The notes: generated by a model from the sequence alone, not told the origin. Shown: positions 1 to 10,526, counted from the first letter of the stretch. The stretch is 64,000 bases of DNA from an uncultured candidate division Zixibacteria bacterium (GCA_963735035.1 CAVTJJ010000004.1:1216001-1280000), one strand, 5' to 3'. Translations and numbers: made by a program.

Positions 1-2544
1 GAGCTCGACGCCGAAATGAAAACGTTCCTGGGCCGTATCGAAGCGGCTACGGGCAAGACGTTCGGCGACCCGGCCAATCCGCTCCTGGTGTCGGTTCGTT
101 CGGGCGCGAAGTACTCCATGCCCGGCATGATGGACACGATCCTGAATCTGGGACTGAACGAGGAGACCGTCGATGGTCTGACGAAGAAGACCGGCAACGA
201 ACGCTTCGCGCTGGACAACTACCGTCGCTTCATCCAGATGTTCGGCAACGTCGTACTGGGTATCGACAAGGACCAGTTCGAGGAAGTGATCGAGAAGAAG
301 AAGAAGGATCGGCGCATCCGTCAGGATAGCTCCCTGCAGCCGACCGACCTGAAAGACATCATCAAGAAGTACAAGGCGATAGTAAAGCGCAACTCGGGCG
401 AGGCCTTCCCCGACGATCCATACAAGCAGCTCAAGATGGCCCGCGACGCCGTATTCCGCAGTTGGAATAATCCGCGCGCGATTACCTATCGCCGCTTGCA
501 CGGTATCCCGGCCAATCTCGGAACCGCGGTCAACATACAGGCGATGGTGTTTGGCAACATGGGCAAGGAATCCGGCACCGGGGTGGGTTTCACTCGCAAC
601 CCCTCGACCGGCGAGAAAGAATTCTACGGCGAGTTCCTGATTAACGCTCAGGGCGAGGATGTCGTGGCCGGCGTGCGTACGCCGCAGCCGATCTCCGAGC
701 TTAAGACCGAAATGCCCAAAGCCTACAAGCAGCTCAAAGAGATTACAGACCGGCTGGAGAAGCACTATCGTGACATTCAGGACTTCGAGTTCACGATCGA
801 AGAAGGCCATCTGTATATGCTTCAGACCCGCACCGGCAAGCGGACGGCACAGGCCGGAATCCGGGCGGCTGTCGAAATGGTGAAAGAGAAGCTGATTACA
901 AAAGAAGAGGCTTTGATGCGGCTTGAGCCGACTCAGCTCGACCAGTTGCTGCATCCGCGTCTCGATCCGAAGGCCAAGTACGAAGTCATCGCGGTTGGAC
1001 TGGCCGCCTCTCCAGGCGCCGTATCCGGTCATGTGGTTTTCACTGCCGAGGATGCTGTCAAGGCCGGCGTCAAGCAGCCTACTATTCTGGTGCGGCAGGA
1101 AACCAGCCCGGATGATATCGAAGGCATGAATGTGGCCGTCGGTATTCTCACTTCGCGCGGCGGAATGACCTCCCACGCGGCAGTGGTGGCCCGCGGCATG
1201 GGCAAGTGCTGTGTCAGCGGCGCCGAAGCGCTCCGTGTCAATGCGGCCAAGAAGTTGTTCCAGGTCGGCAGGTTGACCATCAAAGAAGGCGAGACTATCA
1301 CGCTCAACGGTTCCACGGGTGAAATCATTGTCGGCAAAGTGGACACGATCGAACCGGAACTGTCCGGCGAGTTTGCTGAATTGATGAAATGGGCCGACGA
1401 AATCCGGACGCTGGGCGTTCGCGCCAACGCCGATATTCCGCGCGATGCGCGTCAGGCGGTACTGTTCGGCGCCGAAGGGATCGGCTTATGCCGTACCGAG
1501 CACATGTTCTTTGCGGAAGACCGCATTCCGGTCGTCCAACAGATGATTCTGGCCGACACCGCCGAGGAACGCCAGGAGGCTTTGGCCAAGTTGCTGCCGT
1601 TCCAGAAGAAAGACTTCAAGGGACTTTTCGAAGCCATGGAAGGAATGCCGGTTACGATCCGGACGCTCGATCCGCCGTTGCATGAGTTCCTGCCCAAGCG
1701 GGAAGAGATCGAAGAGAAGATCACCGCTCTGGACGACAAAGACGATGACTACGAAGAGAAACTGGCGGCGCTCGAAAAGACACTGCATCGGATTGATGAA
1801 CTGAAAGAGCTCAATCCGATGTTGGGTCACCGCGGTTGCCGGCTCGGTATCGTCTTTCCGGAAATCACGGAGATGCAGGCGCGGGCCATTTTTGAAGCGG
1901 CCTGCGAACTCCAGAAGCAGAAGAAGAAAGTGTTCCCCGAGATCATGGTTCCGCTCGTCGGACACGTCAACGAGTTGCGCCATCAGCGCGAGACGATCGA
2001 CCGGATCGCGCGCGAAGTCATGGCGCGCAAACGGGTCAAGGATCTCGACTATTTGGTAGGAACGATGATTGAGGTTCCTCGCGCCGCTCTTACGGCCGAC
2101 CAGATCGCCGGGGAAGCCGATTTCTTCAGCTTCGGTACCAACGATCTGACCCAGATGACGATGGGTTTCTCCCGCGACGATGCCGGACGGTTCCTGGGTG
2201 CTTATGTCGAGAAGGGCATTCTCCCTAAAGATCCGTTCGTCTCAATCGACATCGATGGAGTTGGCAAGTTAGTGAAGATGGCGAAGGACCTTGGTCGTTC
2301 CGTCAAACCGAATTTGAAAGTTGGCATCTGCGGCGAGCATGGTGGCGATCCGGCTTCGATTGATTTCTGCCATCGGGCTGGACTGAATTACGTTTCCTGC
2401 TCCCCGTTCCGGGTGCCGATCGCGCGCCTGGCTGCGGCCCAGGCGACGATTCGTCAGAAGAACGAAGAGGCCGCGGCAAAGAAAGGTAAGCCGGCGGGCG
2501 GTAAAGGCGCCAAAAACGCGACGCCCGAACCGGGCACGGCATGA
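1..2544 (+). CDS. ppdK: Pyruvate, phosphate dikinase (5' end lies outside the window)
   Basis: Motifs LLVSVRSGA, GGMTSHAAVVAR (phospho-His), GLCRTEHMFF, FSFGTNDL, GICGEHGG. The frame is open from base 1. Confidence 0.97.
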   Translation, partial: ELDAEMKTFLGRIEAATGKTFGDPANPLLVSVRSGAKYSMPGMMDTILNLGLNEETVDGLTKKTGNERFALDNYRRFIQMFGNVVLGIDKDQFEEVIEKKKKDRRIRQDSSLQPTDLKDIIKKYKAIVKRNSGEAFPDDPYKQLKMARDAVFRSWNNPRAITYRRLHGIPANLGTAVNIQAMVFGNMGKESGTGVGFTRNPSTGEKEFYGEFLINAQGEDVVAGVRTPQPISELKTEMPKAYKQLKEITDRLEKHYRDIQDFEFTIEEGHLYMLQTRTGKRTAQAGIRAAVEMVKEKLITKEEALMRLEPTQLDQLLHPRLDPKAKYEVIAVGLAASPGAVSGHVVFTAEDAVKAGVKQPTILVRQETSPDDIEGMNVAVGILTSRGGMTSHAAVVARGMGKCCVSGAEALRVNAAKKLFQVGRLTIKEGETITLNGSTGEIIVGKVDTIEPELSGEFAELMKWADEIRTLGVRANADIPRDARQAVLFGAEGIGLCRTEHMFFAEDRIPVVQQMILADTAEERQEALAKLLPFQKKDFKGLFEAMEGMPVTIRTLDPPLHEFLPKREEIEEKITALDDKDDDYEEKLAALEKTLHRIDELKELNPMLGHRGCRLGIVFPEITEMQARAIFEAACELQKQKKKVFPEIMVPLVGHVNELRHQRETIDRIAREVMARKRVKDLDYLVGTMIEVPRAALTADQIAGEADFFSFGTNDLTQMTMGFSRDDAGRFLGAYVEKGILPKDPFVSIDIDGVGKLVKMAKDLGRSVKPNLKVGICGEHGGDPASIDFCHRAGLNYVSCSPFRVPIARLAAAQATIRQKNEEAAAKKGKPAGGKGAKNATPEPGTA

Positions 2545-4655
2545 GGCACGAGTTAGACGCAATCTTCAGGCCCCGATCACTGGCGGTTATCGGGGCCACT
2601 CCGAAGAAAAGGACAATCGGACGCGAGACGCTGCATAACATCTTTTCCGCCGAGTATCAGGGAAAGATCTTTCCGGTCAATCCCAACTACGAAGTTATCA
2701 ACTCCGTCAAGTGCTACTCCACCATTCTTGATGTTCCCGACGCGGTCGATCTGGCCGTGATTATCGTCCCCAAGCAGCACGTGAAAGAAGTCGTGCGGCA
2801 GTGCGGCGAGAAGGGTGTCAAAGGGCTGGTGGTCATATCGTCCGGGTTCTCCGAAGTGGGCGCCGAAGGCAAAGCGCTCGAGGCGCAGGTGGTCGAGGTC
2901 GTTCGCAATTACGGTATGCGGTTGGTCGGGCCGAACTGTTTCGGTGTGGTCAACGCCGATCCCGAAATCAGTCTCAACGCGACCTTCGGCAAGACCTTCC
3001 CCAAGCATGGCAACGTTGGATTCATAACCCAGTCCGGCGCCATGGGCGAGGCGGTTATGAATCAGGCCGCCGAACTCGGTATCGGATTCTCCAAGATCGT
3101 ATCGATCGGCAACAAGGCGGATGTCTCGTCCAACGACATACTTACCTATTTCCGCGATGACAAGCAGACTCAGATTATCCTGCTCTATCTCGAGAACTTC
3201 GGTAATCCGCTGAACTTTACGCGTATCGCCACGGAAGTCTCGCGAATCAAACCGGTCGTAGCGGTGAAATCAGGCCGGACCAAGCTTGGCGCTAAGGCGG
3301 CGTCATCGCACACCGGTGCCCTGGCCGGGCTCGATGTCGGTGTTGATGCGTTGTTCGATCAGACCGGCATTATGCGTGTAGATACGACCGAAGAGTTGTT
3401 CGATGTGGCTGCGCTGCTCTCGCGGCAGCCGATCCCCAAGGGGAAACGAGTGGTGGTTGTCACCAACGCCGGCGGACCCGGCATTCTGGCCACCGACACG
3501 CTGATTGCCAACGGGCTCGAAATGCCCGATCTGGCGCCGGAGACTATCAAAGAACTCCGGAAGTTCACTTCCGCCGACGCTTCCTATTCCAACCCGATGG
3601 ACATGGTGGCGGGGGCAGGACCCAACGAATATCTCAAGACACTCAATGTCGTCACGAAAGATAAGCGCTACGATGCGATCCTGACGATTTTCATAGCCAC
3701 GGTGACCGTCGATGAAATGGAAGTGGCGCGAAAGATTCATGAAGGGCTGCAGGGGTGCGACAAGACGCTCCTGGCCTGTCTCATGGCGGCGGGCGAAAGA
3801 CGGGCCGGGATCGAGTTCCTGAACTCGAACGGCATTCCGACCTACATCTTCCCCGAGGCGGCGGCCAAAGCACTTGTGATCGTAGAGCGGTATCGTCAGT
3901 GGCTCGAACGCCCAATGGGCAAACCGAAGACCTTCCCGGTGGACACCGCCCGCGTGCGTGAGATCATTACGCGCAGCCTCAAGAGCGGCAAGAAGGCGAT
4001 TGTCGGCGAAGACGCTATGGAGATTCTGGACGCCTACGGCATTCAGGCGGCGGGATACAAATTTGCCTTCACTCCGAAAGAGGCGGTCACGGTCGCGAAA
4101 GAACTCGGCTATCCCGTAGTGATGAAAATCAACACGCCGCCCATTCTCCACAAAACCGAAGTCGGCGGGGTGATGGTCGATCTGCGGTCGGACGCCGAAG
4201 TGAAGAAAGCCTGGAATGAGCTTCGTTCCCGCGTGGGCGAGATCAAGAAGGGCGAGAAGTTTTCGGTGGTCATGCAGCAGATGATCACCGGTGCGGTCGA
4301 GACGGTGATCGGCATGACGACTGATCCGTCGTTCGGTCCTCTGATCATGTTCGGTCTGGGTGGCATCTACGTGGAAGTCATGAAGGACGTTGCTTTCCGG
4401 ATCAACCCGCTGACGCCGCAGAAGGCCCGGCGCATGATCGAATCGCTCAAGTCGTATCCGCTGTTGACCGGGTTTAGAGGAGCGCCGCCGGTTGATCTCG
4501 AAATTGTCGAGGAGACCCTGTTGAGAGTCTCGCAATTGGTCAAGGATTTCGATTGTCTGTCAGAAATTGACATAAATCCCTTTATCGTTTCGGCCGAGCG
4601 GGAGCGTTGCATCGCGGTGGACGCCCGATTTATCGTGCGCGAACCCTTGACGTGA
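2541..4655 (+). CDS. Acetate/acyl-CoA ligase (ADP-forming), fused alpha-beta type
   Basis: CoA-binding N-terminus (FRPRSLAVIGA, GPNCFG), SSHTGALAG catalytic His, C-terminal ATP-grasp (HKTEVGGV, FGPLIMFGLGG, EIDINP). No GNAT domain. ATGA overlap with ppdK. Confidence 0.88.
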   Translation: MRHELDAIFRPRSLAVIGATPKKRTIGRETLHNIFSAEYQGKIFPVNPNYEVINSVKCYSTILDVPDAVDLAVIIVPKQHVKEVVRQCGEKGVKGLVVISSGFSEVGAEGKALEAQVVEVVRNYGMRLVGPNCFGVVNADPEISLNATFGKTFPKHGNVGFITQSGAMGEAVMNQAAELGIGFSKIVSIGNKADVSSNDILTYFRDDKQTQIILLYLENFGNPLNFTRIATEVSRIKPVVAVKSGRTKLGAKAASSHTGALAGLDVGVDALFDQTGIMRVDTTEELFDVAALLSRQPIPKGKRVVVVTNAGGPGILATDTLIANGLEMPDLAPETIKELRKFTSADASYSNPMDMVAGAGPNEYLKTLNVVTKDKRYDAILTIFIATVTVDEMEVARKIHEGLQGCDKTLLACLMAAGERRAGIEFLNSNGIPTYIFPEAAAKALVIVERYRQWLERPMGKPKTFPVDTARVREIITRSLKSGKKAIVGEDAMEILDAYGIQAAGYKFAFTPKEAVTVAKELGYPVVMKINTPPILHKTEVGGVMVDLRSDAEVKKAWNELRSRVGEIKKGEKFSVVMQQMITGAVETVIGMTTDPSFGPLIMFGLGGIYVEVMKDVAFRINPLTPQKARRMIESLKSYPLLTGFRGAPPVDLEIVEETLLRVSQLVKDFDCLSEIDINPFIVSAERERCIAVDARFIVREPLT

Positions 4656-4712
4656 AGTCTGAATTGACGGTGGATAATATAGTGGTGAGACCCTTTATCC
4701 GGGGGATATTGC

Positions 4713-5252
4713 ATGCGTTATGAGTTGCGATCGATAGGCGTTTGGGCGTTTGTCCGGACCTCGTTCTTCATTCATCTGGTTTTCGGATTTATTCTCGGAC
4801 TCTTCTATGCCGCCATATTTGGATTGATCATGGCCGTGGCTTCCTCGCTGCCTATGGACGGTACGTCCGGATTCGACCCCACGACTCTGGGCCCAATCTT
4901 CATCATTATGCTGCCAATTCTATTTTCAGTTGGTTCCGCGGTGTTTGGGACCCTGTTTACGGCCATCCTGGTAATCGTCTACAACATGATTGTTAAGATG
5001 ACCGGCGGTGTTGAGTTTGAACTGGAGGCGACTACACTGGACCAGATGGCGATCAGTCGTCCATCACAGGGATCACCTACGGTAATCCCGGCGTACGCGC
5101 CACCACCTCCACCACCCTCGTCGATGCCGCCCGCACCACCCACACCGCAAAACGGGCCATCGCAGAATCCACCCCCGGCACCGCCCAAGTACGACTGGAC
5201 GCCGCCGCCATCGAGCGATCAACCGCATGGTCCTGAGTCGGAGAATCGATGA
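4713..5252 (+). CDS. Two-TM membrane protein (DUF3566-like) with Pro-rich C-terminal tail
   Basis: Two hydrophobic segments, YNMIVKMTGGVEFEL signature, PPPPPPP-type tail. ATGA overlap with gltX. Confidence 0.65.
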   Translation: MRYELRSIGVWAFVRTSFFIHLVFGFILGLFYAAIFGLIMAVASSLPMDGTSGFDPTTLGPIFIIMLPILFSVGSAVFGTLFTAILVIVYNMIVKMTGGVEFELEATTLDQMAISRPSQGSPTVIPAYAPPPPPPSSMPPAPPTPQNGPSQNPPPAPPKYDWTPPPSSDQPHGPESENR

Positions 5253-6694
5253 GCGAGAATCAGGTACGCGTCCGCATAGCTCCGTCACCTACCGGCTATC
5301 TTCATGTCGGCACAGCGCGCGCTGCCCTGTTCAACTATTTCTATGCTCGTCATACGGGTGGCAAGTTTCTGGTGCGGATCGAAGACACCGACCAGGAACG
5401 CTCCAAGAAAGAATTCATCGAGCCAATTCTCGAAGGCCTTCGCTGGTTGGGATTGAACTGGGATGAAGACCTGGTGTTTCAATCGCAGCGGAACGCCCTC
5501 TATACATCCTATGTCGAGCGGTTCATAAAGACCGGCCAGGCCTACTACTGTTTCTGCTCGCCTCAAGACTTGCAGGCTGATCGCGAGAAAGCGATGGCAG
5601 CCAAACGGGACCCGCGATACAATCGTAAGTGCCTGGGACTTTCAATAGCTGAGATCGACGCTCGTCTGAAGGCGGGCGAGAAGCCGGCCGTGCGGGTGAG
5701 AATGCCCGATGGTTCGGTTGAATACGACGATATTATCGCCGGCCCACTCAGCCGTCAAAGTGACGATCTCGAGGATTTTGTCGTGGCCCGCTCGGATGGT
5801 ACGGTCACTTACAACTTTGCGGTGGTGGTCGACGACCACGAGATGGGCATCACCCATGTCATCCGTGGTAACGATCACATCACCAATACCTTCAAGCAGG
5901 TGGTGTTGTATCGCGCCCTTGGGTTGACCGAGCCGAAATTCTGTCATCTGCCCTTGATTCTCCGGCCGGACAAGCGCAAAGTTTCCAAGCGACTCGGCGA
6001 TAAAGACGTGGGTGAGTATCGCAAGGAAGGCATCCTGCCCGAAGCGATGGTCAACTACCTGTCTCTGTTGGGCTGGTCGCCCAAGACCGACAACGAAATC
6101 TATTCGGTCGACGAGTTGTCGGCGATGTTCGATATTGTGAATCTCCACGCGTCCAATGCTGTCTTCGATGACGAGAAGCTGTACGCGTTCAACCGGTCCC
6201 ACATTCAGCGCAAGAGTGACCACGAACTAGCTACATTGGTTGCGCCGCTGATTGTCGAAGCCGGGCTCTCTACCAAGTACTGGCTGGAGACGCGCTGGGA
6301 ATTTCTGCGACAAGTAATTGCGTTGCTGAAGCCGCGCGTTCAGTTCCTGCCCGACTTTGTCGCCCAGAGTGGCTACTTTTTCAACTCCGATTTCGTGTAT
6401 GAAGCCGAAGCCGAGGCCAAGAGTTTCAACGCCGAGAGTGCCGATCTAATGACGGCGCTGGCCGATCGCTACGAGTCGTTGGCCGATTTCACTCACGACT
6501 CCACCGAAAAGACGCTCGCTGATTTGGCCGTTGAACGAAATGTCGGGAAGGGCAAAATCATTCATCCGGCGCGTCTGGCGGTCTCGGGATCGTCACGCGG
6601 TCCGGGACTGTACGAGATGCTGGTGACGCTTGGCAAGCCGATCGTAGTCGAAAGACTTCGCAAAGCAGTGGCGTACATTCGTAACAAGACTTAG
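5249..6694 (+). CDS. gltX: Glutamate--tRNA ligase
   Basis: RIAPSPTGYLHVG (HIGH), RIEDTD, KVSKR (KMSKS-like), C-terminal anticodon-binding domain. Confidence 0.96.
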   Translation: MSENQVRVRIAPSPTGYLHVGTARAALFNYFYARHTGGKFLVRIEDTDQERSKKEFIEPILEGLRWLGLNWDEDLVFQSQRNALYTSYVERFIKTGQAYYCFCSPQDLQADREKAMAAKRDPRYNRKCLGLSIAEIDARLKAGEKPAVRVRMPDGSVEYDDIIAGPLSRQSDDLEDFVVARSDGTVTYNFAVVVDDHEMGITHVIRGNDHITNTFKQVVLYRALGLTEPKFCHLPLILRPDKRKVSKRLGDKDVGEYRKEGILPEAMVNYLSLLGWSPKTDNEIYSVDELSAMFDIVNLHASNAVFDDEKLYAFNRSHIQRKSDHELATLVAPLIVEAGLSTKYWLETRWEFLRQVIALLKPRVQFLPDFVAQSGYFFNSDFVYEAEAEAKSFNAESADLMTALADRYESLADFTHDSTEKTLADLAVERNVGKGKIIHPARLAVSGSSRGPGLYEMLVTLGKPIVVERLRKAVAYIRNKT

Positions 6695-6712
6695 CAATTG
6701 AGGCAATTGCCT

Positions 6713-7195
6713 ATGTCCCTAGATACGAAGATTCCACAGGTCGGGGATATCGCTCCCGACTTCACTCTTATGAGTCACAACGAAGGCCAACTGAATCTGG
6801 CCTGGTATAGAGGCCGCAAGAACGTCATCCTGGCCTTCTATCCCGGTGACTTTACTCCGGTCTGCTCGGTCCAGATTCCCGGCTATGTCGCTCTTCAGGA
6901 TTCTTTCGATAAGCACGACTGCCAGGTAATGGGTATCTCGGTTGATTCTACGGCCTGTCATCAGGCCTGGGCCAAGTCATTGGGGGGGCTGTCATTCCCG
7001 CTCATGGCCGACTTTTATCCACACGGCGCCGTGGCTGAGAAATACGGCATGCTGAACGACAAGGGATATGCTGAGCGGGCGGTGTTTCTGATCGACAAAT
7101 CCGGTGTGATCCGCTACAAAGAGCATGTCCATCCCGCGTTGATGCCTGACAGCCAGAAGATGCTGGCGGCCCTGGCCGCGCTGTCAGGAAAGTAG
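6713..7195 (+). CDS. Peroxiredoxin, AhpC/TSA (AhpE-like)
   Basis: APDFTL, FYPGDFTPVC (PxxxTxxC), ERAVFLIDKSG. Start placed at ATG 6713 after GAGG. Confidence 0.88.
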   Translation: MSLDTKIPQVGDIAPDFTLMSHNEGQLNLAWYRGRKNVILAFYPGDFTPVCSVQIPGYVALQDSFDKHDCQVMGISVDSTACHQAWAKSLGGLSFPLMADFYPHGAVAEKYGMLNDKGYAERAVFLIDKSGVIRYKEHVHPALMPDSQKMLAALAALSGK

Positions 7196-7294
7196 CGCTG
7201 GGCCGGGGCACGTTTTGGCCGGATCGTCTGTTACACTTCACGAGCCGGTTTAAATCTCCAAGCAACCGACCGGACGGTTCATAGGTCTGATAGA

Positions 7295-8377
7295 ATGTAC
7301 TTTTCGTTACCCAAAGAATATCGCGAAGCGGCCACGCCCCAACTTGAAGAGCGCATTCAGGCGGCCCGACAGAAGCTGGGCGCTCGCCTCAAGATACTCG
7401 TGCATCATTACCAGCGGATGGAGGTAGTCCGCTTTGCCGACTATGTCGGCGACAGCTACGATCTTTCCAAAACTGCCGCCGCCCAGAAAGAAGCGGAGAT
7501 CATTGTCTTTTGCGGTGTGCATTTCATGGCCGAATCGGCGGACATATTGACTTCGGCCGCCCAGAATGTCTATCTGGCGAACCCGCTCGCCGGCTGCCCG
7601 ATGGCCGACATGGCCGAGATGGCTGACGTTTTCGAAGCTTGGAAATACCTCGAGCCGTTCGGCGGCGCCGAACGCATCATGCCGGTATCTTACATGAATA
7701 CGACCGCCGGATTGAAAGCCTTCACCGGCCGCAACGGCGGCCTGATTTGTACGTCGTCGAATGCCGACGCCGCCCTGCGGTATGCTTTCGAACGCCGCGA
7801 CAAAGCGTTCTTCTTCCCCGATGAAAACCTCGGTTTGAACACCGGACGCAAGATGGGACTGAAACCGGACGAGATGATCGTCTGGGACTTTTCTCGTGAC
7901 TCCGGCGGGCTGTCCAAAGATCAAATCGAACGAGCCAAACTGATCCTCTGGAAGGGCCACTGTCACGTCCATACGAATTTCACGCCGGATCACGTTCGAC
8001 TCATGAGGCAGAAGTATCCCGGTGTAGGGATCGTTGTGCATCCGGAGTGCATTCCCGAAGTAGTCGATTTGGCGGACGCGGCCGGTTCGACCAAGTTTAT
8101 CGTCAAGTACTGCGAAACCGCGCCCGCAGGCTCGGTGATCGCGATCGGAACCGAAGTCAATCTGATCCACCGGATGGCCGAAATGTACCCCGACAAGACC
8201 GTGCTGCAGTTGTCGGGTGACATCTGCCCGGTCTGCGCCAACATGTACCGCACTACGCTCAATGATCTATCTTACTGTCTGGATCATTACGCCGACATCA
8301 AGCCGGTGGTGGTCAACGAACCGGATCGAAGTGACGCCCTGCTCGCCCTGGAGCGGATGCTGGAGATCGGGCGCTGA
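7295..8377 (+). CDS. nadA: Quinolinate synthase
   Basis: HHYQ, GDS, FCGVHFMAE, AGCPMA, CTSSNA, CHVH, HPEC, CxxM Fe-S ligand motifs. Confidence 0.96.
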   Translation: MYFSLPKEYREAATPQLEERIQAARQKLGARLKILVHHYQRMEVVRFADYVGDSYDLSKTAAAQKEAEIIVFCGVHFMAESADILTSAAQNVYLANPLAGCPMADMAEMADVFEAWKYLEPFGGAERIMPVSYMNTTAGLKAFTGRNGGLICTSSNADAALRYAFERRDKAFFFPDENLGLNTGRKMGLKPDEMIVWDFSRDSGGLSKDQIERAKLILWKGHCHVHTNFTPDHVRLMRQKYPGVGIVVHPECIPEVVDLADAAGSTKFIVKYCETAPAGSVIAIGTEVNLIHRMAEMYPDKTVLQLSGDICPVCANMYRTTLNDLSYCLDHYADIKPVVVNEPDRSDALLALERMLEIGR

Positions 8378-8446
8378 TCGTTCGTTCTTGATTCCCGTCT
8401 CATAGGTTCACATATTGCGCCGTCGCTACAACGATGGAAGCAGACT

Positions 8447-10519
8447 ATGTCCAGTTCCCAGGATGAACCCATTGCCGAAAGACATTTGAATAGACAGTCG
8501 CAGGCTGAGCCTGGCGCCTGGGCGCTGTGGCTGGTATATGGCTGCACGGTCTGGTTCATCTTCGCCGCTGCTTTCTTTCCGGAAGATCGCCTATGGGGAA
8601 TCAACTGGTATGGGTATTTCTCCTGGTACGGACCGCTGATTCTGTTGCTGACGGGCACCGCGCTGCCGCTCGTATTGATTCTGCGGAAGGGAACCCCTGA
8701 TTCTGAAATAGAGAAGCCATTCTGGCCGACCGCCTTGCTGTTGACAGCCCTTTTCGGGGTCGTCTATGTAGTATTCTCCGCCCGTTTGCATTTTCTCGGG
8801 GACGGCTATCAACTGTTGACATCGCTGCAAAGCGGAGTCAACCACAAGCCGTGGGAAAGCGGAACGTTTCTAATCCAGAAATGGGTGTATGCTGTGCTGG
8901 GGAGTGACGGGGAGAAGATGGCGGAGTTTGCCTTGCAGATCGTGTCCTATGCCTCTGGTATCGCCTTCGTCTTAGTCAGCGCCTTAGCCAGTGTGAGATT
9001 GTTTTCAAGCTATGGGAGGCGAGTACTCTATTTCCTTGGGGTGAATACGGGCGGTTACGCACTCCTGTTCTTCGGCTATCTGGAGTCTTATCCTCTGTTT
9101 GTTCTGACCGTAGGATCCTTCTTTCAAATCGGGCTTCTGGTCAGTCAGGACAAACTATCTCGATGGCTTATCCTGCCCCTTCTGGGAGCAGCGGCGTTCT
9201 TTCATATCTTCACGGTCGCACTGCTGCCGGGGGCGCTGTACCTGTTCTTAAGGGGCACTCCTACCGGAAAACGCATTGCGGGACTGACAACAAGAGTAAA
9301 GACTGCTCTGGTGGCAACCATATTTACCGTCTGCGCAGCAGTGTTCCTGTACTTCTACATCAATTCGTATTTCTTCCGGTTCACGATCGTATCACCGTAT
9401 ACGAGTCGATTTACGGTGGAAGGTTACAATCTGTTTTCGGGCAAACATCTGCTCGACTACGTCAATCATTTCTTTCAACTCTTTCCCGGACTGGCGGTCG
9501 TCCTGGCAGTATTATGGCTGAATCGAAAAAGTCTTGTGCTTCGACGGCCGGAAATCACATTCACGCTCCTGACCCTGTTGCCGTCGATGGGGCTCGTATT
9601 CATTTTCAATCCAGGGCTGGGATTCCCGCGCGACTGGGACCTGTTCAGCTTTGTCGGCATACCGCTTGTGTGCGGAGCGTTCTATGTGCTGCTCAATGAG
9701 CGGTGTCGTTTCACCCTCGGCAAACAGGCCGCTGTCCTGACGATTGGGATTGGTTGCCTGCTTCTGGCGCCGCGTGTGGCCACTCAGGCCATCCCTGACA
9801 AGGCGATCTCCGTCTTTAACAACTATGCTGCCCTCGATGTTATCAGAAACGAAACGGGACGATTCATCCTGCTGACTCTTCTGGAAAAGCAGGGTCGTCT
9901 CGACGAGAAAGCCGAGCGTGAGCGCCAGAACGTCTTCCAGTTACCACATCAAATCTGGTATCAGGAGGGAGAGATTCTGTATCGTGATGGCAAGATGGCG
10001 CAGGCTGAGCAGAAATTCCGACGGTCGATTGAATATGCCCCGAGTTTCGCCTATGCCTGGGCGAACATCGGCGTCTGCTTCTCGCAGCGTAAACAGTGGG
10101 ATTCGGCCCTGGTTTACTTTCAAATAGCCGACGCTCTGAATCCATTCAACAGTGATACTTACAACTCACTGGGCTGGGTCTATTTGAACCAGGGTGATAC
10201 GGTAAGCGCCGACAAATACTGGCTGAAGGCTCTACGGCTGAGTCCTGTCAACTTTCTGGCGCGGGCCAACCTGGTGAACCTGTACCGGCAGCAGAACCGT
10301 CGCGACGAAATGAAGAAGCTCCTTATTGAAGTCCTTGAACTGACCGATGTGCCGTCTAAGGTTTACTATGAATCGGCCGAGCAGCTCCTTCAACTGGGTG
10401 ACAGCGAGGCCGCAAGCCGCATTTGCCGACGTGCCCTCGATACCGGAGTCGACCGAACCGTGTTTACTCGGCTCGAAACCGAATATCCCGGCTTCAAGGT
10501 GCCCGTTGCCACACAGTGA
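8447..10519 (+). CDS. Polytopic membrane protein with C-terminal TPR repeats (possible GT-C-fold glycosyltransferase), paralog 1
   Basis: More than ten hydrophobic segments with HFLGDGY, FFGYLESYP and PRDWDLF motifs. TPR-like helices (AWANIGVCF, TYNSLGWVY). Confidence 0.7.
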   Translation: MSSSQDEPIAERHLNRQSQAEPGAWALWLVYGCTVWFIFAAAFFPEDRLWGINWYGYFSWYGPLILLLTGTALPLVLILRKGTPDSEIEKPFWPTALLLTALFGVVYVVFSARLHFLGDGYQLLTSLQSGVNHKPWESGTFLIQKWVYAVLGSDGEKMAEFALQIVSYASGIAFVLVSALASVRLFSSYGRRVLYFLGVNTGGYALLFFGYLESYPLFVLTVGSFFQIGLLVSQDKLSRWLILPLLGAAAFFHIFTVALLPGALYLFLRGTPTGKRIAGLTTRVKTALVATIFTVCAAVFLYFYINSYFFRFTIVSPYTSRFTVEGYNLFSGKHLLDYVNHFFQLFPGLAVVLAVLWLNRKSLVLRRPEITFTLLTLLPSMGLVFIFNPGLGFPRDWDLFSFVGIPLVCGAFYVLLNERCRFTLGKQAAVLTIGIGCLLLAPRVATQAIPDKAISVFNNYAALDVIRNETGRFILLTLLEKQGRLDEKAERERQNVFQLPHQIWYQEGEILYRDGKMAQAEQKFRRSIEYAPSFAYAWANIGVCFSQRKQWDSALVYFQIADALNPFNSDTYNSLGWVYLNQGDTVSADKYWLKALRLSPVNFLARANLVNLYRQQNRRDEMKKLLIEVLELTDVPSKVYYESAEQLLQLGDSEAASRICRRALDTGVDRTVFTRLETEYPGFKVPVATQ

Positions 10520-10526
10520 TGGTGAT

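Noticed and set aside
3303..4535. Long antisense and alternate-frame ORFs (e.g. 410 aa here, 287 aa at 7307-8170, 386 aa at 37245-38405)
   Set aside because: They are shadows of well-supported genes in GC-rich DNA and have no recognisable motifs.
6713..7195. Selenocysteine in the peroxiredoxin, TrxA or DsbD active sites
   Set aside because: All active-site positions are ordinary Cys codons in uninterrupted frames.
7196..7294. NAD+ riboswitch upstream of nadA
   Set aside because: The gap is short and I could not recognise the motif or a convincing structure. An Rfam scan would settle it.
10347..10526. Frameshift fusion or long overlap between the two TPR-membrane paralogs
   Set aside because: Paralog 2 aligns with paralog 1 only from the ATGs at 10527-10533. 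The upstream extension is incidental open frame.
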